A stretch of 53,040 nt of DNA, filler included, from Diploschistes diacapsis (lineage: Eukaryota), in NCBI GenBank assembly GCA_023645945.1. It is 3 parts of 3 records of this genome, joined end to end, with 100 filler letters (N's around TTAATTAATTAA, not from the genome) between each part and the next. Parts side by side here need not be neighbours in the genome. Positions count along the whole stretch, not along the records: positions 1 to 17,632 come from JALAIB010000446.1; positions 17,733 to 35,357 come from JALAIB010000447.1; 1 more part is not named here. One strand, written 5' to 3'. Positions 12,157 through 22,719 of this stretch are shown here, piece after piece. Position 1 is the first letter of the stretch, and the number at the start of each line of letters is the position of its first letter. The translations under genes were made by a program, and so were the position numbers. The notes beneath the pieces were generated by a model. The model made no database searches. It worked only from the letters and a program-made list of their open reading frames with translations, and was not told the DNA's origin.

Positions 12157-12785
12157 CCCATGGCTTCCTCCAACGGTGGGAGTTTGTTATTTATTAATAA
12201 TCAAATGAGAGATTATTGCGCATCCCTCTGACTGCGAAAAGATCCAAAACCTAAATCAGCGTTGGTGGGGTTTCCGTGTCAATTGTCGCATCAAGTTCTG
12301 TCAATGAATAAATAGCCTTAAGTTGTAGAAATGTTGTAGCAAGGGCTCAGTAGGCAGGCTGTCGACGTATCAAAATGCCGGAGCAGGCGAATTTGTAGGC
12401 CCCCCCGGGTGGGTCCTTGCAAGCGTTCGCATGGAAAACGATATAATATAACAAATCCCTTAAACTCCCTTTCCCGCTCTGATTCGTCCGGTGCAGGCCG
12501 CTGACACACACCCCCTAAACCTCCATGATGAGGGGGCACGGCAACTTGTATATTATCGTACAGCTCGACAAGCTTTTGCCGAGGTGAAACTGTGGTCCCC
12601 AATAGCTAGAAACAAGCCAGTTAAACAACCTGCAAACAACCCACTAACTTGGACAACTTGAGCACCTCTCAGGCCATCTGCGATAGCTGAATGTCATACG
12701 GGATGCATATGGATGCGAGAAGGAAATGAGGACAAGTCGATAGCCGCTCGACACATTACACACATCCGTACAAGCCGAGGCGATA

Positions 12786-14510
12786 ATGGCCTCTATTCAC
12801 AGCAACCCTGAGTCGGCCGCAGGACCAGGGAGAAATGGATCGACCGCGAGGTCGGTGAGGTCGCAGCCAAAGGAGATACAGATGGACTCGTTACATCAGG
12901 AGGGAGTCATAGCAGCAGAGGGCAACACGCCGATGTCGAACTCTGACATGGAGAAGAATGAAGAGGCTGGTCCTACCCGCAGCATCAAGGGTCTGCCGTG
13001 GGCGATACTGATCATGTCTCTTCTGTCGGCGCATTTTCTGTGCGCCATGGACAACACCATCGTCGCCGACATACAAGGACCGATCATCAGAGACTTGGGC
13101 GAGTACGACAAATTCCCGTGGATCAGTGTCGGCTTCGAGCTCGGCGCAGCGTCCGCAAACCTATTCTGGGGGCACATCAACAGGCTGTTCAACAAGAAAT
13201 GGACCTTCCTCGTCTGCATGTGCATCTTCGAGGTCGGTTCGATTGTGTGCGGATCGGCGACGACGCTGGATGCGCTGATCGTGGGGAGAGTGGTTTGCGG
13301 GTTTGGGGGTACCGGCTTCGTTCTGAGCGTCATGAACATCATCGCCGTTCTCTCCTTGCAGCGTGAAAGGGCGCTGTATGTCAGCTTGGCAGGTACGGCA
13401 TGGGCAGTGGGCGCCATTATCGGCCCGGTGGTGGGTGGAGCCATCAACGACTCGAAGGCGGGATGGAGGTGGTGTTTCTACATCAATATCCTCATCGCAG
13501 CAGTGGCGTTGCCCGGCCTGCTCTTCATCCTGCCGAGTCTCCCTTCTTCGAGCTTCGGCCTTGGGGAGAAGTTACGCCGGTTGGACGTGGTCGGGTTCGT
13601 TCTATGGACGGGCGCGATCTGCTGTCTGATTATCGCCATCTCGTTCGGTGGGACGGTCTACGCGTGGGACGATGGAAGGAACATTGGGCTCTTCGCCGCC
13701 GGAGGAGTACTTGCACTCCTGTTCGTAATTCAGCAGAAATGGGCCTACAAATGGACGACCTCGAAGGAACACCGCTACTTCCCCGTCCACTTCTTCAAGC
13801 GGCTCGACATGACCATTCTCTTCATCCAGATGGTCTCCGTCAGCGCCGCCTTCTTCCTCACCATCTACTTCCTGCCACTCTACTTTCAATTCGTGCAGGG
13901 CGACTCCGCCCTAGAGTCTGGGGTCCGCCTTCTTCCATTTCTGTTCGTCGGCATCTTGTTCCTCATCCTCAACGGTGCAATCATGGGCAAGACGGGCTAC
14001 TACATGCCCTGGTTCCTGGTGGGCTCGGCACTGGTCGTCGTGGCCGCGGCGCTCATGCGCACCCTCGGCGTCAACTCGGGCACCGCTTACATCTACGGCT
14101 ACTCGGTCGTCATGGGCGTGGGGATCGGCGCTTTCAGCCAGGCTTCCATGAGCGTCGCCCAGGCCAAAGTGCCCCCGGAAGAAGTGGCGGTCGCCGTGTC
14201 TCTCATCAGCTGCGGGCAGATAACGGGCATCATGGTCGGCTTTTCCGTGGCGTACAGCATCTTCCTCAACACGGCCACGAACCAGATCGCTGCTCTGCTG
14301 CCACAGGCACCGAAAGCCGCCATTCAAAGCGCGATTGTCGGAGTAGAGAGCAACGTTTTTGCGAACGTGGACGCCAACACAAAGTTGCAGGTGCTGCAGG
14401 CCGTCGCAAACTCGATCAACAACGTCTGGATCCAAGTGCTGGCCGGTGGAGCTTTGTCGTTCGTCTTTGCTCTGTTTATGAAGCGGGAAAAGCTTGTATT
14501 CAAGAAGTAA
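12786..14510 (+). CDS. MFS drug:H+ antiporter DHA2 family (14-TMS efflux pump of the secondary-metabolite-cluster type)
   Basis: Intronless 574-aa ORF with MDNTIVAD, IFEVGSIVCGSA..LIVGRVVCGFG, IGPVVGGA..WRWCFYIN, YFLPLYFQFVQGDSALESGVRLLP and GYYMPW, plus many hydrophobic helices. Confidence 0.93.
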   Translation: MASIHSNPESAAGPGRNGSTARSVRSQPKEIQMDSLHQEGVIAAEGNTPMSNSDMEKNEEAGPTRSIKGLPWAILIMSLLSAHFLCAMDNTIVADIQGPIIRDLGEYDKFPWISVGFELGAASANLFWGHINRLFNKKWTFLVCMCIFEVGSIVCGSATTLDALIVGRVVCGFGGTGFVLSVMNIIAVLSLQRERALYVSLAGTAWAVGAIIGPVVGGAINDSKAGWRWCFYINILIAAVALPGLLFILPSLPSSSFGLGEKLRRLDVVGFVLWTGAICCLIIAISFGGTVYAWDDGRNIGLFAAGGVLALLFVIQQKWAYKWTTSKEHRYFPVHFFKRLDMTILFIQMVSVSAAFFLTIYFLPLYFQFVQGDSALESGVRLLPFLFVGILFLILNGAIMGKTGYYMPWFLVGSALVVVAAALMRTLGVNSGTAYIYGYSVVMGVGIGAFSQASMSVAQAKVPPEEVAVAVSLISCGQITGIMVGFSVAYSIFLNTATNQIAALLPQAPKAAIQSAIVGVESNVFANVDANTKLQVLQAVANSINNVWIQVLAGGALSFVFALFMKREKLVFKK

Positions 14511-14595
14511 AAAGGGTTCCCACGAGATTACCTCATCGCGGAAAGGGAAGGACATGGCAGGACGCATGCACTTAGGAGTCCGGTTTAGTTTTAGC

Positions 14596-14653
14596 GTCAC
14601 CAGTAGTGAACAGAAGAAAGGCGTGTCACCAGTAGTGACCAGAAGAAAGGCGT
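14596..14653 (+). repeat. 29-bp tandem duplication
   Basis: GTCACCAGTAGTGAACAGAAGAAAGGCGT followed by GTCACCAGTAGTGACCAGAAGAAAGGCGT (1 mismatch). Confidence 0.9.
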
Positions 14654-16113
14654 CGGCGCCTGACGGGATATCATAGGATAGCGATACCCAGTATCATGCA
14701 CAATATCACTCGGTGAAAGATTATCCCTCGAGCCAGTGGGTGCTGCCGGGAGCGCTGCTGGCGAAAGCAGCCCGCCCCGCCCGCGTCCTCTCCAGTCTTA
14801 GTGCGTTACATGGTTGTGGTTGTAGGAAAACGGGCAGACTGCGACGTCATGGAAGCGCCTTACCGAAAGCGGGACTGTGTCCGAGGTACCGTGGGGTGTA
14901 CTTGGGATGGGACAGGTAATACAGGTATACATAATACAACCCCCAGCGCAGTTGAGATGTTAGACCTCCAACGGGTTGTTACTTTAGTAAGATGGATGTG
15001 AGCTGGGTGAGTGGCTCTCTACTTGGCGCTCTCAACGTGCTAACACCTCGACAACGCCCCGGGGGGGCTGAAGTACAAAGCACAAAGGTACGTGGCCAAG
15101 ACTCCAAGACTCGGTGAGGCCCCCGGCGAGGGGCCTGGGATTGGCTGCTCTGCTGCTGCCAGCTTCCTGATGCAGAAGGGACGACAGCCTTTGCTTTCTA
15201 TAAGAGAGCGGAAAAGAGAAACCCCTTAATGGGATCATAAGCGTTGGCGGGTGAGACTAGAATTTCAAGAATATTCCTTACTCTGTTGTACCAAGTACTG
15301 CACAGAACTATAACTATGGATACTATGGATTCTCACGGGTGCTTAGGGGGCCCAGAAAGTGGGCATGAAAAGGATACGCTATCCAACATCAACACTGCTA
15401 GTACGATGGCTCAAGATCCTCCCTTTAACCCTATTGAGAATCGTCGTAATCTTCCAATTTTCATCTGACAAGTTTCTCTTTTTATCCTTTTATCTTTTCA
15501 TCTTTTTATTTCTGCATGCGGACCATTCCTCGTGCCCATCACATGGTATGCCGACAGGGCCGGCTGCTGCGTGGTGGTGGTGGTGCATAATGCAGTTGCA
15601 GTGCATGCTTTATGGTCTTTAAGGCCTTTATAGTATTCAGAGTATGCTGTAAGGCACAAGTGTCTAAGAAAAAAGGAGGGGGGGAGGGCCAGTAACCTTT
15701 TAACCATTAACGTTCCAGTTGCAAGAGGCTTTTTTACAACTTATTAAAGTAGTCATGAATTTTTATGGTCCCATGTTCTATTTTCACTAGTCCAAGTAAC
15801 GTTATCCACAGTAAAACCAATATTGGACACCCTCCTCCGACCCATTATTGTTGTATAAGACTGTTGAAAGGCCTAAATCTCCCCGGGACCCGAACCCAAA
15901 ACTGACACCACATGCACACCCTGTTTCGCTGCTGTACAGTTGCGGCTCCTTTAACCACTACAGCGTACAAGCACACAGATGGTGATTCACTGAAGAAGGC
16001 AAGAAAAATAAAACAATGTGCGGGAAACTCGAGCGATTATAACCTTTCCTCTCCTCTCCTTTCCTTTCCTTTCCGCTCCCCGTCCCCGGTCTCATCCTGC
16101 CGCATTCCTCGCA

Positions 16114-17632
16114 ATGTCGGGTAACTTGACGGATGCCGACAACCAGGCAAATTTCAACGATTTTGCTCAGTCACTCGAGGCGCCTGATAACACATTATAC
16201 AACCGTGGCGGGCTGGTGATCTTTACGGGCATCGCCATTGCCATAGCGGTCATCTCCATCTTGTTGCGGTTCTGGGCAAGATATCTCTCCACCGGCTTTC
16301 GATTCAGGTGAGTTGTGGGACTGCCAATCTGGGCAACGAGGAACCGGAAACTAAGACACATCATACAGTCGAGATGACTGGCTCGCGCTCGCCGCCCTGG
16401 TAGGTTGAAATCAATCACCATAATAAAAATATAAGCGTGTGGCTAATCCTATGTTCCAGCCTCTGGCACTAGGCATCATGGTCTCGGAAGTAAACTCCAT
16501 CCCCCTGGGCGTGGGCGAGCACATCACCGACCTCGGCTCCGACCGCCTCACCTACATCCTCCAGCTCTTCTACGTCGGCCAGCTCCTCTTCATCCTCGAG
16601 ACGTCGCTCCTCCGCTTTTCCGTCCTCGCCTTCTACGCCCGCATCTTCCCCATCCACCGCAGCTCCGGCGTGATCTGGCTGCGCTTCTACTTTGCGACCG
16701 TCAGCATGGCCTGCATCTGGCCCGTCTTTGTCTTGCTGTTCGACGCGCTCTTCATCTGCGAGCCGATCAGCAAGTACTGGTACTATTGGGACGAGAGCCA
16801 TGCGGGTTCCTGTGTGTCGATGAGCGTCGTGTATTACATCGAGACGATTGGCAGCTTGGTGGTGAACCTGATGACGCTCATCGTGCCGCTGCCGCAGATC
16901 TTTAAGCTGAACATGAAGTGGAGGAAGAAGCTGGCGGTGGCTTTTTCGTTTTTGCTCGGTTATGGGTGAGGTTGTTTTCTTCTTTTTTTTCCGACACGCC
17001 ATTCCGATAAGAGCGGAAAGATTCAAGTAATGGAAAAAGGGGAAGCGCTGACTCTACCGCAGTGTGGCATTCATGTCTTTTGGACGCCTGATCATGTCCG
17101 TCGAACTCGGCAACGCCATCGACTACGACCCAATCTGTGAGTTGGTCGGCCGTCCCTCAAATCCTAGCAGCCCTCCCCAAACCCTAGCAGGCCTCGCGTA
17201 TGCTGACAAAAGCCGGCGCCCAAACAGTCTTCCTGATCCCCTACCTCTACTGGACGACCGCGGAGGTCGGCCTCTCCATCCTCGCCGTCTGCCTGCCCGC
17301 CATGTTCCAACTCACACGACGGTCGCGGCAGCAAGGCATCCGCTCCCTCTTCCGCTCGAAATCGACCTACGTCCCCGCCGGCTCCACCCTCGGTGGGCCC
17401 CACGGCATGAGCACGGCTGCGCTCGGCCGCGTGCACCACCAAGGCGGCGGGCCCACGAACTCCTCCACGGGCCCGCTGGTGCTGCAGCAGCAACAGCTGG
17501 ACTGGAACAACCTCTACGAAAAGGGCTTCTGGGGCACGCACGTGAACGTGACGGCCGGGGAGGCGAACAACAATAACAACAACAACAATGGGAGAAAAAG
17601 AGGGCCGGGGGCTCGGGCCGGGCTGGTGAGGG
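16114..17632 (+). CDS. Pth11-like / fungal rhodopsin-domain integral membrane protein (no CFEM domain); 3' end lost in gap
   Basis: Spliced product: LLRFWAR / DDWLALAAL / GVGEHI..RFSVLAFYARIF..CEPISKYW..SC..LIVPLPQIFKLNMKWRKKLAVAFSFLLG / SFGRL / YWTTAEVGLSILAVCLPAM. Canonical introns (e.g. 16308-16368) and an (AAC)n poly-Asn run near 17567-17589. Confidence 0.85.
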
Positions 17633-17732
17633 NNNNNNNNNNNNNNNNNNNNNNNNNNNNNNNNNNNNNNNNNNNNTTAATTAATTAANNNNNNNNNNNN
17701 NNNNNNNNNNNNNNNNNNNNNNNNNNNNNNNN
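17633..17732. other. Artificial assembly gap/linker
   Basis: N44-TTAATTAATTAA-N44, a six-frame stop spacer. Confidence 0.97.
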
Positions 17733-17871
17733 GCGCTAGATCGAGCGCTTCCATATTTGTACGAAGCTAAATCTGTTTTCAACTACACTACCCCGTTCTT
17801 CGGCCTTTTTTTGATTACATTATATGTAGTGTTCCGCTTCGTGGGGTGTTCCGTTTCGTGGGGAAACACGT
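17733..17871 (+). mobile_element. pogo/Fot1-like MITE, second copy (left part lost in gap)
   Basis: Shares GCGCTAGAT and ATTTGTACGAA(G/A)CTAAATCTGTTTTCAACTACA with the 11717 copy in the same orientation. Ends GTGTTCCGCTTCGTGGGGTGTTCCGTTTCGTGGGGAAACACGT followed by TA. Confidence 0.85.
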
Positions 17872-18969
17872 TATTCGAATGGTGAAGATGACCGCTGGAA
17901 GGTCTTTATAAACGTTTGATCTGGGCCATAATAAATGTCTAAAGAAATCAGGTTTAAAAATTTGATTCGTCAGTCGAGCGGGGTACTGAGTATAGTTATA
18001 GTATCTACCTATGATCGTAAAATGTAGAGTGTAAAAAGTGGTGGCTTTTGGCGGGAGAGAATGAGCTTCCAGCCCGTACTAGCGTCATCGATGTTACTTT
18101 CTGTTAGGTAAACAGCTCAAGTCTGTTTCATGCCTCAAGTTTGCCATGTGCTAATCGAGATCGAAGAATTGGCTTACTGCAGCATATTATCATAACATTA
18201 TCCGTAAAAAGATTATTAGATGGACAATAACCGTCCATAGCAACTGTTACAGCCCCCCTCCTCCTAAAAGATGCCCGTTCGCACTTATGAATTAATAATG
18301 ATTCAAGTCTAGGTAGGGTATGTTCCATAGCCTCCCCTCCGATCTGATCTGCACACTTTCTTTAGAGCATTGAACCCCGCCTGCTTCGAATTTGCTGCCT
18401 CAGTCGCCACACAAAGAAAAGTGGGATGTAAAGTTTAAAACAAGGTCACGCATCCATTATCTATAGGCTGACACGTGACATGCACCCAGCAATCACCAGC
18501 CAACTGGACCGTATGCTCGGTCTATTGACTATTCTAGATAGATAGTCCATAACGGATTAAGTAGTACTGGCGGTTACAGTTCAAGCGCTAGCACGCCCCA
18601 CTTCCCGCCTGCGTACGATAATGTAGGTTGTGCGAATACTACAGCTTCAGCCGTGTTCCAACTGTTAGTATACTCTGCTTAGTTTTTGTGGGGATGCAGT
18701 CAGCCTTGGTACTTTCTTGTGGCTTGATGTTTGCCCCGTTTTTTGGTCTCGTTCCTCGGAGCGGGCTAGTCTCCGGCCCTGTGATATAGATCTCGCGTGT
18801 CAATCAACAATCTTGGCGTGACAGGCTTGCACGGTCCACACGCCAAACAAATTCGATCCATAGCTGTGGGCGTCGGAAATACACTGCAGCGGACCTTTGG
18901 GATTTCAAAATGCCCGAGGGGTCATGGGGAAGGTAATTGATTGCTTACCCTTTCCTCATGGAGACGTTT

Positions 18970-19908
18970 TTATTCCGCGGATTCTGCAAGGGGTGATAAT
19001 GTGCTTGCAGCAAGGTAGCCGCTGGCTTCCGCGCAGAGCTGCCCGCTCAGCGCATTCTCGAGCGTAGCCTTAACCTTTGCATGTGTATTCTCATAACCCG
19101 GCTCCACAACCCCCTCTTCAACCTCGGCCTTGACCACGAACAAGGCGTTCGCCTGCGTGGGTTTTCGATATTCAACCTTGAACTGATCAAGCACCATGGC
19201 ACTCACGGACTCGGAGCCAGAGCCGGATTCAGGCCCGTTCGCAGCCCTCTCCAGGTTCTCGTGCAGGACAGTCGCAACCGCTCCTCCATGGGTCACGCCG
19301 GGCCAGCCAGCTAGCCCACCTCCAAAGAAGACGATGCTTATGAGCCTCTTTTCTTTCTTGTTCCAGAATACCTTCTGGATGCCGAGACCTCTGAAACCTT
19401 GCATTGCCCCTGCTGACATACTCCTTGCTTTCGATGCAGGCGTCTGAGACATGTATGCTTCATATTCCAGCCACTCTTCCCGATGCGATCGCAGCTCTTT
19501 CACCACCGGAAGTTTGTCGAGGTCCTTGCGCAGTTTCGAAAGGAGAACTTCATCTTCATCTGTATCTGGAGCAGGCAGAGGAGGTGGTACGAGTATTGCC
19601 GCAACCACGGATCCCGAGCCAAGGCCGAGGGCCAGAAACACAACCGAGTAGATGATATTGCGCAATCGTCGGCGTCGTTGAGGCTTCGTGGATGACGGTG
19701 TTGCGACTCGTGGGGTAGCGCTCTGGCCATCTGGCTGCTGACTGCCAGCAACAGGCTGTATGGCCTCGAAACGAGCAGACTCCACCGAGAAGTCTCGATA
19801 GAAGAGAGGAATGGCACGACTTCGAGATTGATAGCAAACTAGGCGAGGCGTCCGTGCTGTGAGGCCTGCCTTCATCAAAATGGAACTCCTCAGGCCTTGC
19901 CCAATCAT
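18970..19908 (-). CDS. FMP10: Mitochondrial HotDog-fold thioesterase-family protein, Fmp10-like
   Basis: Arg-rich presequence, one TM helix, GLAGWPGVTHGGAVATVLHE thioesterase motif, and V.YRKPT. Confidence 0.75.
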   Translation of the reverse strand: MIGQGLRSSILMKAGLTARTPRLVCYQSRSRAIPLFYRDFSVESARFEAIQPVAGSQQPDGQSATPRVATPSSTKPQRRRRLRNIIYSVVFLALGLGSGSVVAAILVPPPLPAPDTDEDEVLLSKLRKDLDKLPVVKELRSHREEWLEYEAYMSQTPASKARSMSAGAMQGFRGLGIQKVFWNKKEKRLISIVFFGGGLAGWPGVTHGGAVATVLHENLERAANGPESGSGSESVSAMVLDQFKVEYRKPTQANALFVVKAEVEEGVVEPGYENTHAKVKATLENALSGQLCAEASGYLAASTLSPLAESAE

Positions 19909-20253
19909 GCTCAGAGCGTCCTTAGTGGGGAGTCTGTAAGCGTATCATCCCATTGGTCTTTTCTGACACCTTCAGGTCGGCTGCTGAATAGAGGAGAAGG
20001 TAGGCGGCAGATTTTCAAAAAAATGACTCGAAGCTTGGGCCACAATGCCCAGAAAGATCCCGGTCTTGGCAAACGTGGTCGGCCACACGCTACAACTAGA
20101 ACATCAGGAACGAGTATATCCTGCCGAGCAAAGAATAGAATTGATATTGATGATTCTCCATACCTCAAAATGCTAACCCGTATCTAGACAATTCCTACAC
20201 GTAAACATACACATATACATACACATACGCTGTGAAATCTTCCCTCACTTCCC

Positions 20254-22236
20254 TCACCTCCCATGCAACCCTCTAATAACGCCAAGCTTTCTGCCCGGCA
20301 TATCCCCCTTCCCGCTCGCCAGCACCGTGAGCAAGAACTTCAGGTTCGCCAGCGTATTCCTCGGGTCCATGACCCTGATGCCACTCTGCTGCATGAGCTC
20401 CTCGATATCCCTGTTGAGCAAGTAGATGGCCCACCGGAAGCGCTTTGCCGGCGCAGAATGTTGGTACAGCGGAAACGTTCGGAAGGGATGCGTAGCTGGC
20501 GTTGGCGGGCCAGCAATACGAGCCTTGAATTCTGATTCATCGGGTCCGGACTGCGGAGAATGCAGGAAGTAAGAGCCGAGATGGTAGTTGGAGGCAGAAG
20601 AGGAGGTGCTCATGCCGAGCTCGTGCGCGGAAGATAGGGGGTCGAAGATGGTGGAGGTAGAGCCGCACGGCGTGGGCATGTATGGAAGTGGGATCATCAG
20701 GTTGGCCTCGAGCATTAGTAGAATTTGTACCACGTAGCCGAGGGCGGCTGCTGTAGCATCCTCGGAAGACGCGGGCTGGAAGTCTGTTCGATCTTGCTCG
20801 AAGCCCTTGGCATTGGGAAGGAAGTGAGATCGTATCGTAAAGCAGAGAGGGTACTGGTCGATAGGGTCGATAGGGAAGACGTCGAGTATGTCCTGGGCTA
20901 TGCGCCGCATTTGGCCAGTTACCTTGGCTTTTAGTTGTGCTTGTTGGCTGCGCTTCTGGTCTAAGTCGGCTACCGAGGCTCTTAGCTTTGCTTCGCCAGT
21001 CTGCAGAGCGGTTTCTTGGGTGCCAATGGCGCCACGACGGTGCTCTAGATTGCCTCGTCTGATGCTTTTGTCTTCCTTGAGCTTTTCAGCTGCCCGCCTA
21101 GTCTTGTCCAGGGATCCTCTCACAGATTTAAGAGAAGCTCGCTTGTGTGTTGCCTCCGCAATTTCATGGTTCTCCACTCTGTTCTTCTGTATTAGCGTCT
21201 CTATTTGCTGGGTGACCTGTGATCTCGTCCTTTCAGCATCTTCGATGCACTCCGCTAGATCTTTGAGTTTCATGAGCGCGTCAAAAGATGACGTCTCTCT
21301 TGGCGGCAAAGTGGCACTCTTAGGCGTTGGCGGTTGAGCATGTACTGAACTCATTACAGATTCCACGTCTGGAAGATCTGAGATGCTTGCATAAGCACCG
21401 TCCGTCATGTGGAAAACAATAGCATTATCACCAAGTGGGTGGTAGAATGTATCGAGCTTTCAAGTTTAGTGAAAGTCCACAATAAGAAGAGATAAGCTCA
21501 TACCGTCCTGCCTATCCGGACTAGGGAGGGCAGATGCACCTTCGCCTCGACTAACAAGGTCAGGATCTGAGAGGCTTCCATTCTTGACCAAATCCGTATC
21601 ACTAGACTATCATCCCTTGACAGTGGCCTGAACTCAGACAAGTCTAGGTACCTGAAGTCCGGATTCATTGATTTCTCCTTGACCTCACTAATATAGATTG
21701 GATCCTCCTTTGGGTCGGCTCCGGTCCTATGTAAACTGAAGAAGGTATCTGGCCGTCTCTCGGAGACGACATCTTGCAGAAGCTTCTGCCTTACGTTAGG
21801 CGGCTCGTCCATCCAGTTCAACGTGCTTCTCCTCCTCATCGCCTGCCGTGGTGATTTTTTCGGACTTGACACCGAGCCATTAGAAACTTCGAGCCCAGCA
21901 TCGCTCATAGAGCTAGCCCTAAGGTCCGAAGATGACTTCGAGTGTTCAAGCTTCGCAAGGTCGCGCTGTGCAAGGAGCTTGGCTGGCGAGGTCAGGGTTG
22001 TCGGCAGCGACTCGTCGTCAATGGTCTGCCGTCGCAGTCTGCCAGAGGGTTTGACCGAGGAAACATTGCGGAGTGAGATGCCTTCAAGGTGTCGAAGCTT
22101 GCGATTCTAGCGTCCACATTAGTTTCGAGACATACTTAGGTTTCTGACAATTGATATGCAGTCGGGTAAACTTACTTCGGGGAGGAGCCAACTCATTCTG
22201 AGTTGCGCCTTGAATGGAAGAAGAAGCGCAACTCAT
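20254..22236 (-). CDS. VPS38: UVRAG/Vps38-like PI3K complex subunit (spliced)
   Basis: NRKLRHLEGISLRN; RRRSTLNW..RQKLLQDV..DTFFSLH..IYISEV.EKSMNPDF; IVFHMTDGAYAS; coiled coil; FPIDPI..FTIR..LPN; TAAALGYV; FPLY..RFRWAIYLLNRDIEEL..TLANLK. Start codon and first intron are approximate. Confidence 0.82.
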
Positions 22237-22719
22237 CGTGTCGGCTGCAAAAACCGAGCGAAGCAGTGAAGTTGTACCGCCTAATCTGGCTAGCCAACTA
22301 TAATTTCGTAATTTGAGATCTGTAGCTGCCAATGTGCAAAGACTCCTGGAGATATTTGGTGGAGAATATTGAAACAAAGGTTAGGGCCGAATTGTCATCG
22401 TATTTCCGACCTCGATTCCACTATTAGGAGCAACAATATAAGACACATTTCTCGGAAATAGCGCGTCAGTTTTAGCATGAATATACGAGTATACGAAGCA
22501 CATCTTGAATCATTTGCTAACAATAATAGTATACTTTTGGCATTCTTCCGCAAGATACCTCGCGCAGTTATCGACAACATAATGCTAGAACGTTCACCGC
22601 CATTGTGAAGACTTCTTCTCTAACTCTCTATCTAACGAGACTCATTTATACCCATGCGTTTCCTCATATTTGAATGCTTAATCAGACATATACAAGTGGA
22701 ATTCTCATCTTACCGTGAC

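Noticed and set aside
12896..14600. Long overlapping ORFs (391 aa at 13400..14575; 229 aa antisense)
   Set aside because: Expected by-products of high GC3 in the MFS gene; low-complexity R/G/H-rich translations without motifs.
14958..15400. Possible solo LTR (TGTTAG start, TATAA, AACA end)
   Set aside because: No matching TSD and no second copy in the window; cannot be supported.
17633..17732. Palindromic TTAATTAATTAA within N runs (also 35358-35457)
   Set aside because: An identical 100-nt construct occurs twice; it is an artificial contig spacer, not biology.
11400..17900. Starship-type giant element
   Set aside because: No DUF3435 tyrosine-recombinase captain or other Starship marker gene is visible in the window.
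18923..18960. Imperfect inverted repeat just 3' of the FMP10-like gene
   Set aside because: No recognisable ncRNA motifs (tRNA, snRNA, RNase P/MRP) around it.
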